A stretch of DNA of 64,000 nucleotides from Candidatus Poribacteria bacterium (GCA_965218095.1 OZ244587.1:5024001-5088000); one strand, 5' to 3'. Counted from the first letter of the stretch, positions 22,197-32,361 are shown. Made by a program: numbers and translations. Notes: generated by a model not told the origin, from the sequence alone.

Positions 22197-22316
22197 CCCT
22201 ACGGCAGCACGGCGTAAGTTTCGACCCCACTCCCCAAAACTGTAATCCTTCCGAAGGTTTGAAACCTTATGAAGGTTAGCATAAAAGTGGGGTTACTATT
22301 TCCGCGGACATGTACT
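22197..22316. repeat. Degenerate MITE/REP-like element between sigma and anti-sigma genes
   Basis: GACCCCACT..AGTGGGGTT arms and CCTTCCGAAGGTTTGAAACCTTATGAAGG palindrome; ends in GTACTA. Confidence 0.4.
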
Positions 22317-22333
22317 ACATCTTTAGACATGTA

Positions 22334-22960
22334 CTACATCTTTAGAGAGGGCTCAGCCGAATCTACATAAGGTTTCAACAAATCCCTTAGCTTTTGCCTT
22401 GCATAATGCAGTCGAGAGCGGACCGTTCCCTCAGAGCAGTTGAGAATCGAAGCGATTTCTGAGTGCGTTAAGCCTTCAAACTCGTGCAGAATAACAACCA
22501 TTCTATGCTTGAGCGGCAAGCTATTTACTGCCTGCGTCACCCATTTTTGTAGTTCTTTTCTCTCAGCATTCAAGTGAGGATTGTTCGCTAGATCCGCGCT
22601 TCGTCTCAAGTCCGGGTCAATCTCCATCTCACTTGTTCCTGAAAGCGAGCATTCACGCCGGCGTTCCCGACGCTTAACGAGATTCACCGCATGGTTGACA
22701 ACGATGCGATATAGCCAGGTTTCAAAGGCGGCATCCTTCCGAAAACTATGAATAGATTCATAGACTTTCAAAAACGTATCTTGCATGACATCATTAGCAT
22801 CTTCATGGTTTTTTGTAATTTGAATGGCAACCCGATAAACAAGCCTCTTATATTTTTCAACCAGAATGGCTAATGCCGTCGTATCTCCTTCACGGAGATT
22901 ATCAATAAGCAACGCTTCGGTGCGTTCCACAGAACTTTCTCCCTGATTTGCTGCTCTCAA
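22334..22960 (-). CDS. ECF sigma-70 factor
   Basis: DANDVMQDTFLK, FETWLYRI, EIASILNCSEGTVRSRLHYAR. Confidence 0.95.
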   Translation of the reverse strand: MRAANQGESSVERTEALLIDNLREGDTTALAILVEKYKRLVYRVAIQITKNHEDANDVMQDTFLKVYESIHSFRKDAAFETWLYRIVVNHAVNLVKRRERRRECSLSGTSEMEIDPDLRRSADLANNPHLNAERKELQKWVTQAVNSLPLKHRMVVILHEFEGLTHSEIASILNCSEGTVRSRLHYARQKLRDLLKPYVDSAEPSLKM

Positions 22961-23138
22961 TTATTTAGACAACTCAGCTTCAAAAACCGTTCAAAGATTT
23001 TCTCTGGTTTTTATGTTATACTGATGAAGGTTGCAACTTGACATTTCAGGCCACTCCGTCTCACAATGGATCTGAATTTGGAAAATTACAATTGATCACC
23101 TGCGTTAGTATAAATCATAAACCTAATCAGCGCACGTT

Positions 23139-23174
23139 ATTTTACCAGATTTTGCAATTTTTGTAAACAGAATA
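23139..23174 (-). promoter_or_regulatory. sigma70-like promoter facing the ECF operon; copy 1 of a 36-bp direct repeat
   Basis: Reverse complement TTTACA-N17-TAAAAT with extended TG. Confidence 0.6.
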
Positions 23175-23175
23175 C

Positions 23176-23379
23176 TTACCTTTCGCATAATCCCGAGGAA
23201 GTTTTTTTAATTTCGGAGTACGAACCCGCGCGTAGCGCGGACCTAATAATCGGCCGTTTCACTTAAGAAACACGACCTTTGCGGTGATGTGGCAATCCAT
23301 CGAATCGGGATGTTGGGAACCCTTGCTACGACTGGATCTAAAAATTAGAAAAACTGTTCCGAAATAATACGAAAGGTAA
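23176..23379. mobile_element. MITE-like element with 16-bp TIR
   Basis: TTACCTTTCGCATAAT / ATAATACGAAAGGTAA. Confidence 0.6.
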
Positions 23380-23493
23380 GATAAAGTTAACATTTTTTCT
23401 GTTTTTTTTACACCTACTTTCCCAAAGTAGAGTCCTTGACAAAATTTTGCGAATGTGCTAAAATGCGCGTGTGATTCAAATTAGCAAAGTATA

Positions 23494-24060
23494 ATGGCCC
23501 CCTATATTCGGGCCAGGAGTTAAGTAAGAAATCAGGTCTAACTCACCCCCGTAAATGGAGGATTAAATATGTCAACAAAGCGGATTCGGCATACTGCCAA
23601 ATTCAAGTTTCAAATTGCACTTAAAGCCATCAAGTCAGACAAAAGTATCAACCAACTGGCAAACGACCACCAGTTGCACCCAAGCCAAATCAGCCAGTGG
23701 AAGAAACAGTTGCTTGAACATGGGAGCGATATTTTCGCTTCCAGCCTGAACAAGCGACAACGCGAGCAAAATGACAGAGAGTCGAATCTGTATGAGCAAA
23801 TGGGGCGGTTGAATATGGAACTCGACTGGTTGAAAAAAAAAGCTGCCTCAAGCCGCTGAACAGAGACGGGCACTCGTTGAACCTGACCACCCCAAACTGA
23901 GTATGCGTCGTCAGTGTCAGTTGCTGGCGGTCTCTCGGTCAACGCTCTACTACCCACCCGCCACAGAGTCGGAAGACAATCTGCATCTGATGCGGCAAAT
24001 AGATGAGCAGTATATGGAAACACCTTTCTATGGGAGTCGTCGAATGACAGAACATCTTAA
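23494..24060 (+). mobile_element. IS3-family remnant (orfA 23569-23859 intact, orfB truncated)
   Basis: HTAKFKFQIAL..ISQWKKQL..ELDWLKKK with A-rich slippery site; RRQCQLLAVSRSTLYY..PFYGSRRM. Confidence 0.85.
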
Positions 24061-24189
24061 GCGTGCGGCGTTGATTTCCTCAGTATAGAGTTTGCGTCCT
24101 TCTTCAAACATGTCTGCCCCGCCGCCGACCTGCTCCCACACGACGATACCACTCACACCTTCTATGTCGCACATGATAAGCACTCGCAT
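24061..24189 (-). pseudogene. M55 D-aminopeptidase (DppA-like) N-terminal stub
   Basis: MRVLIMCDIEGVSGIVVWEQV..GRKLYTEEINAA with AAGGAGG RBS; cut at the IS3 junction. Confidence 0.75.
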
Positions 24190-24596
24190 TGTTACCCTCC
24201 TTCAACAAATAGTGATGCATGTTGTGTAATGCATAGCATGTAATGCGTGATGCATATCGCATAAGATTTTTCACGTTTCACGATTATATCTTAGCATAAA
24301 TGTATCTGTTTTTCACCAGAAATGTGCGGTGACAGCTTGATGCTGCGAATTTTTGGACCTGATGGGGCTTTACGGAAGCGATATATCAAGTTTCTACGCT
24401 TTACGTTTCACTTTGCCATAAAGCTCAATGTTTGGTATACTATAATCTGTTGCTGGTGGTTTGCTAATTAAGCATCTCGTTTGAGCGTATGTTTCCGCAA
24501 ATGTGCTCACGCCGGAACCAAAGAATTTCTCTAGACCTTCAAGCATCGAAACATGGGTAAATCAACAAATCGCTCACGGTTTCTGGTTCATCGACC

Positions 24597-26520
24597 ATGA
24601 GCGAATCAACTATATCCGAAGGAGGTTTGTTTGAAATGGCTGATATTACGGATGATGAAGTAACAATGGACGAATCGGAAGAAACGACAGAAGAAGCGGA
24701 GAGTTCTTCCTTAGAAGCCCTTGGCGATGATTTACTGTTCCTACGTGGCGATAACATGAGTTTTTATCTGGCTTCCAAAGCATACTATGAAGATCAAAAC
24801 TACGAGGAAGCAATCGAGAAATATCAAGCCGCCATCGAATATGAAAAATCACGGCCCCAGGATTCCCTGAAGCTGGCAGACTCGTCGGAGAATTCGGAGG
24901 AGAAAGCACAGGAAAAAAAACCAAACGACGTGATCGCCAAATCCATGTACTGGCTAGGGGAATCTTATGTAAAAACAAACCAAACTAACCCGGCACTTAA
25001 GACGTTTGAGCAGTTAGCAAGTGACTTGAGTGAACACTATCTTGGGATAGCGGCTCAACGGCGAGTCGCCACACTCAACAACGTCACTGTGTCCATTGCT
25101 TCACCCCAGTCAACTAGGCAAGAGGTTGAATTACGAAATCGCACCGCTCAAATACAACAGCGAAAACTTCCAGAGCAGACTATCCAAAAAATAAACAAAC
25201 AAAAATTGATTGATAGAAGGCGATTTGCTAATTTGTCTGCAAAGGCTATGAATCCTAATGTAGAAATATGCTATCCACTTCCCAAACTGGACGATTGCGA
25301 CATGCAACTTGTAGAAAAATGGCATCATCTCCCGCGGAATAGTCTTGATAGGTTATCATTAATAAAAGCTGAGAACAGGGATCGGGAATTAGGTCGCTTA
25401 CTTTCCGCAAGGTCTGCAGAAAAAGTAGCTGCGGATTTTTATCGACATTACGGAAAAAAAGTGAAAGATATCTCGATTACACAGATTGACGAAAATAGCA
25501 AATCCGATTGGATAAATTACGACCTAGATGTTGATGGCATGTCTATTGATGTCAAAAATTCTCGTAAATCTCAGAAAAGTGAGGACAGGTATACCGAACA
25601 CTATATTCAAAAGGGTTTCAAGCGCAATAAAGAAAATCAAGAGGTAAAAATTGCCGGCGTTCTTTCCTGTTACCTTATGGCCATGTACATTACTGGATCC
25701 TACAGAATATGACGGAGATACTACAATCCAATTTCTTGGGGAAACAACCCAGAAAAATCTACAGGAATTGAAAAGTGAGTTTAAGGATTTGGTTGATTTT
25801 AATCCTACGGACAAATATTTTCTCCCCCCATGGATGTTTGACTATCCCGAATATGTTTACACAGAACGAGGTAAAGCACTAAAGGAACTAAAAAACTTTA
25901 CCAACTTTGATTCATTAAAGGGGGTTACACCCAAGTTTGAGCTGCGTCTGGTAAGCATTGCGGCTGGTATAGACTTAACAGAAATTTTAGGTGAGGAGGC
26001 TTTAGAAAGCTGGAAGCGGAGTTTCCTGAATCAACTCCGTAACCGAATAGAAAAATATGGCCTCTCACTACCTTTTCTATATCTTACCATATTAGAGCAT
26101 TTTCTCTGTATGGCTGCTTCCTCCAAAATAGTTTCTGATTTCGATCCAGATAAATATAGAAGATTTCTTTTCTACAAAGATTCTTATAAACCTTTAGGTA
26201 TTTACGATCCCCTAAAAACCATAGATGCACTTATCAAGGCATTGAGCACTTTATGGACTGCTGAGAATGGATTGATTCGCAAATTCCGCCTATTCAAATT
26301 AAGAAGTTCTGATATTTTACAGGGCAAGCCTGACTCAGATGAGAGCCTATGGACAACACTCATTGCCTATTGTGGAGGGTGCGGTAAAAATCCCTTAGTT
26401 TTAGGTAAATCAAAGCGATGCGAATACGGCAGATTGATCTGTCCAACCTGCTGTTTTTGTTGTAAGAGATGCGAGGAAGAAAACCACACCAAGGCAGAAG
26501 CACTCGAAAACACACGATGA
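24597..26520 (+). CDS. TPR + PD-(D/E)XK-like nuclease + Cys-rich domain protein, frameshift ~25675
   Basis: Acidic N-terminus, TPR (AKSMYWLGESY), SAEK..YDLDVDGMSIDVKNSR, then C-terminal CGGC..C..CPTCCFCCKRC in ORF 25651-26520. Confidence 0.6.
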
Positions 26521-26529
26521 AAGGAGCAG

Positions 26530-27125
26530 GAGTTGACTGGTATAGATAGGAGGCTTGAACTTACTGGAAATACACCGCGTGGGGTTTCGATAGTCGAGCG
26601 ATTGATGAAACTGCTGTTGATTGTAAAAGTTGAAATAGTCTCTCAATCGACCCAGCAGTTCGCATTGTCTGACAACTGACGGTGAACGGCACGTCTTTTC
26701 AACAAGCTGTCGCTTCTGTTCAACGGAGTCGTTGCGTTTTTTTTGAAGCCAGTCGAGTTCCACCTTCAACTGTCCGATTTGGCGATAGAGTTCAGCTACT
26801 AGCTATTCGGTGTCAGTGGCTGCTTTTGAGCGTCCATTTGTAAAGAGTTGCGGTAATTCTTCAAGCACCTGCTTTTTCCATTGGCTGACTTGAGTCGGGT
26901 GGACTCGATATTCGCTGGCAATCTGAGGACGGTTTGTTGATTTTTTATCGCCTCAATAGCGACCTGTGCTTTGAATCTGCCATCGTACTGTTTTCTGCGG
27001 GACGTGGTATGAAAACTCCTTTGTTTTTCTTGGGGTTTCTGAGTCATATTTTCGCACAGATGATGACCGGTTTGCCAGTCGGAAATCCACCTTATTCAAC
27101 TGTCTAGGTTTTGAGGATAATTATA
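26530..27125 (-). mobile_element. Internally deleted IS3-family remnant
   Basis: RRKQYDGRFKAQVAIEAIK, VELDWLQKK, VRQCELLG joined directly to the integrase tail YFNFYN..HQSLDYRNP. Confidence 0.8.
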
Positions 27126-27161
27126 ATTTTACCAGATTTTGTGATTTTTGTAAATAGAATA
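27126..27161. repeat. Copy 2 of the 36-bp direct repeat (33/36 identical to 23139-23174)
   Basis: ATTTTACCAGATTTTGTGATTTTTGTAAATAGAATA. Confidence 0.85.
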
Positions 27162-27220
27162 TTTTACCACTTTTCGGTTGACCTCTCTTTTTTGACCGTG
27201 TTATGATATTCACATTACCT

Positions 27221-27518
27221 GGGAGACAATAACTTCCTTCAAAAATCGGCTATGACGGCTCCGTCGAACCGAGTGTGCCGTCATGGGGTTGCGAGACTAC
27301 GAAGGAGATATCCGTTCGGGAAGCGGCGATCGAAAACGCCCGGATCTAAAGCTCTGGGCTGAACGAAGAGAAGGATCAAAGTAATCCTCGGAAATCGTAT
27401 AGTATCAACAAGACCGCATTAACTTGATACAAATGGGGAGTTGACCGATTCTCCCCCCGGAATTGGGAGCCGGAGGGCAAGCCACAAGCGGATCTGCCAA
27501 TGTTGGGCTTATTTCTCT
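27221..27518 (+). ncRNA. Candidate ~300-nt structured non-coding RNA, family unassigned
   Basis: TTGACC-N18-TATGAT promoter upstream; 5'/3' closing stem; at least six internal helices; downstream hairpin; no convincing ORF. Confidence 0.55.
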
Positions 27519-27574
27519 AATTTACCGTCACCGATGACGGTGTCACAAGATTCAGAAAAAGAAGGTGATGCATC

Positions 27575-28357
27575 ATGCTTACAGCGCAACAAGTCGCACA
27601 CTTTGAAACCTTTGGCTTTCTCTTTTTACGGTGGCGCTTTTCGCCCGAGGAAATGGTGGCCATTACCCGAGAAGCGGATGCACTCTGGGCAGAAGATCGG
27701 CAAGCCAGACCGGATCTGGGAGAACATCGAATTGTGGCGCCGTTCATCGAGAAACGGCCGCTGCTGTCGCAACTTGCCGACGATGACCGCATCTATGGCC
27801 CCATCGAACAACTACTCGGTCCAGGGTTTATCTGGTCGGGGTCGCAGGGTGGTAAAGGGAGTATCAATGCCAAAAATGAGCACGGATGGCATGCAGACCG
27901 CCCGGGCGAGAGCGAGATTGGCTACAAGCGAATCAAGGTCATGATATATCTCGAACCGACAACGAAAGAAACGGGCGCCCTGCGCGTAATTCCCGGTTCT
28001 CATCGAATGCCGTTCCATAAAGCGCTTGAGCCCCTTCAGCGCCAGCACCAAAAAGATGGAACCACCGCGGATACCTTTGGTGTTGCCGGTGTGGATATAC
28101 CTGCTTTTCCCCTGGAATCAAATCCCGGTGATCTGGTTTTCTTCCACCAGGGCCTGTATCATGCTGTTTACGGATCTTTTGGCAACCGCCATTATATTGG
28201 GCTGAGGTATGCGGCGAAGCCAACGACAACAGAGTACATTGCTTCGTTGCGGCGGCTTTCCCCATACACCTTTCAGCCAGATGAGGCCTTTCTGAACAGC
28301 GATCGTCCACGCATCCGAGGTATGGTTGCGGGGCTTGTGGAACTGGGGAAGAAGTAG
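27575..28357 (+). CDS. PhyH family dioxygenase
   Basis: HFETFGFL, WHAD, LRVIPGSH, PGDLVFFHQGLYHA. Confidence 0.9.
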   Translation: MLTAQQVAHFETFGFLFLRWRFSPEEMVAITREADALWAEDRQARPDLGEHRIVAPFIEKRPLLSQLADDDRIYGPIEQLLGPGFIWSGSQGGKGSINAKNEHGWHADRPGESEIGYKRIKVMIYLEPTTKETGALRVIPGSHRMPFHKALEPLQRQHQKDGTTADTFGVAGVDIPAFPLESNPGDLVFFHQGLYHAVYGSFGNRHYIGLRYAAKPTTTEYIASLRRLSPYTFQPDEAFLNSDRPRIRGMVAGLVELGKK

Positions 28358-28363
28358 TGGCTT

Positions 28364-28533
28364 ATTTCGTCAGTCCGTGTCAGGTTGCTGGAGTGCAGGA
28401 CTTGTCCCCCAATCTTGGGTTGGGGGTGCAAGCACTTGCCAAGATTCGTTGCAAAGCCAGTTTTGCATTCCAAACCCCGGCTGAATTCAGAAAATGAAGC
28501 AGTCGTTCCGCTTAAAAACGGATTGATAGAAAT
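28364..28533. mobile_element. MITE-like element with imperfect TIR
   Basis: ATTTCGTCAGTCCGT / ACGGATTGATAGAAAT; internal ACTTGTCCCCCAA..TTGGGGGTGCAAG hairpin. Confidence 0.45.
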
Positions 28534-28535
28534 CG

Positions 28536-28664
28536 TAGGAGTTACGCACTTCAAATTGAGCAAGCCCTGTCCCGCCTGCCTCTTGAATCCTGAATCCAAA
28601 ACGAGATGCAAGATACAGGATGCAGACATAGCTTGAGTCCGCGGAATCAATTGCGTAAGTCCTA
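28536..28664. mobile_element. MITE-like element, TAGGACTTACGCA family
   Basis: TAGGAGTTACGCA / TGCGTAAGTCCTA. Confidence 0.65.
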
Positions 28665-28677
28665 AAAGGAGGTTTGC

Positions 28678-29418
28678 ATGACAACAGAAGAAAAATTCCT
28701 ATTCGATCTCCAGGGGTATCTCATTATTAAAAATGTGCTGACTGACAATGAGCTTGACGAATTGAATGCCATCGCGGATGGCGCCTATCCGTATGATGAT
28801 GAAGAATCAGCACGGCGTGAAGCAGCCATTCTGCATTGGGGTGAGCCGTTTAAGAAGCTCATCGACCATCCCCGAATCCTCCCCTACCTTGTCGAGTTAA
28901 TCGGGCTGACGGTCCGACTCGATCACGATTATTGTATCTTCATGCGCAAGGGCGAACGTCGCGGCGGGCTTCACGGCGGGATTGGCGGGGATCACTGGTA
29001 CAACTACCGAAATGGTGTGATGCGCAATGGTTTGAGCGTTATGGCCTATTTCCTGACTGATGTGCCCGATGGTGCTGGCGGATTTGCTTGCGTACCGGGG
29101 AGCCACAAGAGCAATTATTCAGTTTCCGATATCCCGCCGGAAGTGCGGTCCTTTGAGTGCTGCTGCCACTATGTCGTGCAACCTGTGGTCGAAGCCGGCG
29201 ATGTGCTGTTCTTTACCGAAGCCCTTATTCACGGGACGATGCCGTGGCGTGCGAAGACCGAACGACGTGCCTTGCTGTACAAATATAGCCCCGGGTATTC
29301 GTCCTGGGCAGCCAACTGGTACGATTTTAATAAGATTGGCGAACTGACTGAGCAACAGAAGCGCATGATGGCGCCGCCATCGGTACAGAATCACCTGCGT
29401 GTGATTCAGGAGGAATAG
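28678..29418 (+). CDS. PhyH family dioxygenase
   Basis: FDLQGYL, LHGG, FACVPGSHK, AGDVLFFTEALIHG. Confidence 0.9.
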   Translation: MTTEEKFLFDLQGYLIIKNVLTDNELDELNAIADGAYPYDDEESARREAAILHWGEPFKKLIDHPRILPYLVELIGLTVRLDHDYCIFMRKGERRGGLHGGIGGDHWYNYRNGVMRNGLSVMAYFLTDVPDGAGGFACVPGSHKSNYSVSDIPPEVRSFECCCHYVVQPVVEAGDVLFFTEALIHGTMPWRAKTERRALLYKYSPGYSSWAANWYDFNKIGELTEQQKRMMAPPSVQNHLRVIQEE

Positions 29419-29781
29419 AGGGCGTAATCGCCGAATGCACATCGATTGATAAGTAATTTGCAAAAAGCTAGTGACATTGAAATTGTTGTCCCTGATAGAC
29501 CAAAAGACAAGTCAGAAGCACAGATAAACATTTCCGCAGCCCTGTGGTTGCCGTTTAGCTGTATCAAAGTGCCAATTGGGAAGTTTAGGATCTATTCAAC
29601 CCAAATTCAACCCGATTTTGGTGCATGGGGAATTTCTATTCTTGACTGAATTGATTTATTGTTTTACAATACCTCAAGGGGTTGGCGCGAACACCTTATC
29701 AACAGAAGATGTGAACTATTCCAAAACCTCTTGGAGGTGTCCAATTGCTAATGCAAACCATAATAATTTTGGAGGTAACAA

Positions 29782-31260
29782 ATGAGTGCCAAGAAAACCT
29801 CGGGAGCTTTGATGATCTCGTTGATTTTTCACGGCGTTGCCTTCTTTATCGCTGGGATATATCTCGTCACCCAAACCCAACAGTTCAAAGATTTAGTGGG
29901 CGCCGAGGTCCTAAAAGCGAAGGATCCCCCCAAACCCCAGGTTATCAAACCGGTTGTCAAACCGGTTGTCAAACCGGTTGTCAAGCCAACGGTTCCAACC
30001 ACGAGTACCGTCGTCGTTGAGCAAGTTCAAGTCCAACCGCGAGTGACGACGGCGGCTGTCGTTCGTCCAGCTGCAGTCCAACCGCAAACTGTGCTTGAAT
30101 TCTCGAATAAAGTTGTTAAGCTGGATGCACCTATCAATCCAAACGTTCCGAAAGTAGTCAACCCCAATGTTCCGGCGCCTCAAGTGGTAACGCACGCTGA
30201 CCTGCCCGTTTCTGATGCGCCCGGCGCGTTGGCATTTTCTGCCCCCGTTGCAACGGCTCCGAGCGCCGCGCCGGCGAACATCGGTCGTGGTATGGGCGGT
30301 CTTGTGCAGGTGAAGGTTGCTTTCGAGCGTCCGGCGGGGCTTGCGATGGTTGAGCATGTAGGAGTGGCTCGCGACGCCTTGGGTGATGTGGTTGAGAACA
30401 TCATGCTGGGTAACGTTGAAGTGCCGCCGCTGCCACGTGGTGAACCGGGCGGTCGAGTTATCGGTAAAGGTCGTGACATTCGAGGTGTATTCCGCTTCAC
30501 GCGCATGCGCCACACTCTTTCTGACTGGTGGGCGGATGCGTCCTCACTGAACGCATTTACCGGGTGGCTGAATGAACGCACGCAGATCAAAACGGACATG
30601 AATGTTGAAGGCGGTGCGCTGAAATTGACCGACACCAACCTGCAGAAATGCCCGTTGGTTTTCATGACAGGCCACGATCCCCATCTGAGGCCACGCCACT
30701 TCGGTGGCGGCGATCGACGAAGAGATACCAGATTTACCGAGGCAGAAGCTGCTGCATTGCGGAGGTATCTCGTTGAAAGGGGCGGGCTGCTCGTCTTTGA
30801 CGACTGCGGTGTGAGCGGAGTGGCCCACGGCATAACCCGCTTGTTCCTCGCTCAGATGCGATATGTGATGCCGGAATATCATGTGATGCGTATTCCCAAC
30901 GACCACGAAGTCTACAATAATTTCTATGAAATGGGTGGACCGCCGATTGGGTTTGATATTTTCTGGCATGCTCCTAGACAGGCCAAGCGGAATTTTCTTG
31001 AAAGTGTTTCCGTTGGCGAAAAACTTTCAGCCATGCTCGTCCGTCGTGACTATATGTGTGCGATGGAGTCGGTCAGTGTGCCAACCCGTTCCGTACATTA
31101 CTCCCCCAGCGTCTATCGTTTCATGACTAATGTTGCGGTCTACGCACTGACACACGGTTCAATTTCAGATTACTCCGGTTATGTGCCAGAAGATCGGATA
31201 GCAAAGCAGAATCTACCGACCAAGGCGCCAGAAACTGCAAAAATCGGGGCGCTTGAGTAA
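29782..31260 (+). CDS. Membrane-anchored protein with Pro/Val-rich linker and DUF4159-like C-terminal domain
   Basis: ISLIFH TonB-like anchor, KPVV repeats, PLVFMTGH..LRRYLVERGGLLVFDDC..NVAVYALTH. Confidence 0.75.
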   Translation: MSAKKTSGALMISLIFHGVAFFIAGIYLVTQTQQFKDLVGAEVLKAKDPPKPQVIKPVVKPVVKPVVKPTVPTTSTVVVEQVQVQPRVTTAAVVRPAAVQPQTVLEFSNKVVKLDAPINPNVPKVVNPNVPAPQVVTHADLPVSDAPGALAFSAPVATAPSAAPANIGRGMGGLVQVKVAFERPAGLAMVEHVGVARDALGDVVENIMLGNVEVPPLPRGEPGGRVIGKGRDIRGVFRFTRMRHTLSDWWADASSLNAFTGWLNERTQIKTDMNVEGGALKLTDTNLQKCPLVFMTGHDPHLRPRHFGGGDRRRDTRFTEAEAAALRRYLVERGGLLVFDDCGVSGVAHGITRLFLAQMRYVMPEYHVMRIPNDHEVYNNFYEMGGPPIGFDIFWHAPRQAKRNFLESVSVGEKLSAMLVRRDYMCAMESVSVPTRSVHYSPSVYRFMTNVAVYALTHGSISDYSGYVPEDRIAKQNLPTKAPETAKIGALE

Positions 31261-31417
31261 ATGGCACTGGCTTAAGCGACGAGAGCGGTTTTATCCCCCT
31301 ATCACTGCATTTGGTGGCTTAGTGTTAGACCATCCTTCCGAAGGTGGGAACTGATTCTCTCCTTGACAAGAGAAGTTAGAGGGGGTTAAATGACCAACTT
31401 AAATGAAGGAGGATTGT

Positions 31418-32266
31418 ATGGACACGGCGTGTTTGGATTATTGCCTGACTCAAGAGGAACGTCTCAAATTCGAAAAGAACGGTTTCTTCGCGGTCGAAGA
31501 CGCGCTGCCACCGCAGATGGTCGAGGACCTTTCCGCTGTGGTGGATCGGCTTGACGCCCAATACCGGCCCGAGCAGGGCTTAGACCCTCACGAACGGTTT
31601 AACATAATGGATTTTATCGGAAAGGATGATCTTTTTCTGGAGTTGCTCGATTGGTACAAGACCTTCCCAAAAGTGTGGGGTATTCTGGGATGGCACATCC
31701 AGCTCTACCACACGCACCTGGGGATAACACCGCCTCCGCCCCCCGGCGAGAAGCCGGAGAAGAAGCGGTTGGGGTGGCACCAGGACAGTGGGCGTTTGAA
31801 CATCGATTTGGAAACCAGTCCCCGCCCGAGAATCTCCCTAAAAATCGGTTATTTTCTGACCGACACCACGGAAGAGGGCCGGGGGAATTTCTATGTCATC
31901 CCCGGCAGCCACCTGCAGAACAGGGTGGAGTTTCCCCTCGATGGGGTTTCAAATCCTGAAGGGACGACGGCCGTGAAGGTGCTGCCTGGCACAGCGGTGT
32001 TTTTCGATCGGCGCCTCTGGCATTCTGCGAGTCCAAATCATTCAAACATCACACGAAAGGTGCTTTTCTACGGCTACAGTTACCGCTGGCTGCGACCGAG
32101 AGACAACATGACCGTGGACCGCTATATAGAACGTTCCGATCCGATTCGACGGCAGTTACTGGGCGCCAGCACGGGGGGATTGGGCTATACATCCCCAAGC
32201 GACGAAGATGTGCCCCTCCGAGATTGGATTAAGGCGCACCTCGGAGAGGAGGCGGTTGTGCCTTGA
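31418..32266 (+). CDS. PhyH family dioxygenase
   Basis: WHQDSG, VIPGSH, PGTAVFFDRRLWHS. Confidence 0.92.
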   Translation: MDTACLDYCLTQEERLKFEKNGFFAVEDALPPQMVEDLSAVVDRLDAQYRPEQGLDPHERFNIMDFIGKDDLFLELLDWYKTFPKVWGILGWHIQLYHTHLGITPPPPPGEKPEKKRLGWHQDSGRLNIDLETSPRPRISLKIGYFLTDTTEEGRGNFYVIPGSHLQNRVEFPLDGVSNPEGTTAVKVLPGTAVFFDRRLWHSASPNHSNITRKVLFYGYSYRWLRPRDNMTVDRYIERSDPIRRQLLGASTGGLGYTSPSDEDVPLRDWIKAHLGEEAVVP

Positions 32267-32361
32267 GATTTCATCGGATAATTTAGTGTCGGCCATCTTC
32301 TTGACTGTTACACCTCCCGTTAAAATTTTGCTAAATTTCGTGGAAGTATAGAGGAAATACC

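Noticed and set aside
27221-27518. RNase P RNA, group I intron or cobalamin riboswitch identity for the structured region
   Set aside because: Only partial look-alikes (AAAGCTCTGGGC..GGCTTAT; GAGACTAC; AAGCCA..GATCTGCC); the diagnostic cores are missing or out of order, so it is left unassigned
29945-29990. 12-bp tandem repeat as a CRISPR array or contingency locus
   Set aside because: In-frame KPVV linker repeat with no spacers; no CRISPR array or cas genes seen in the window
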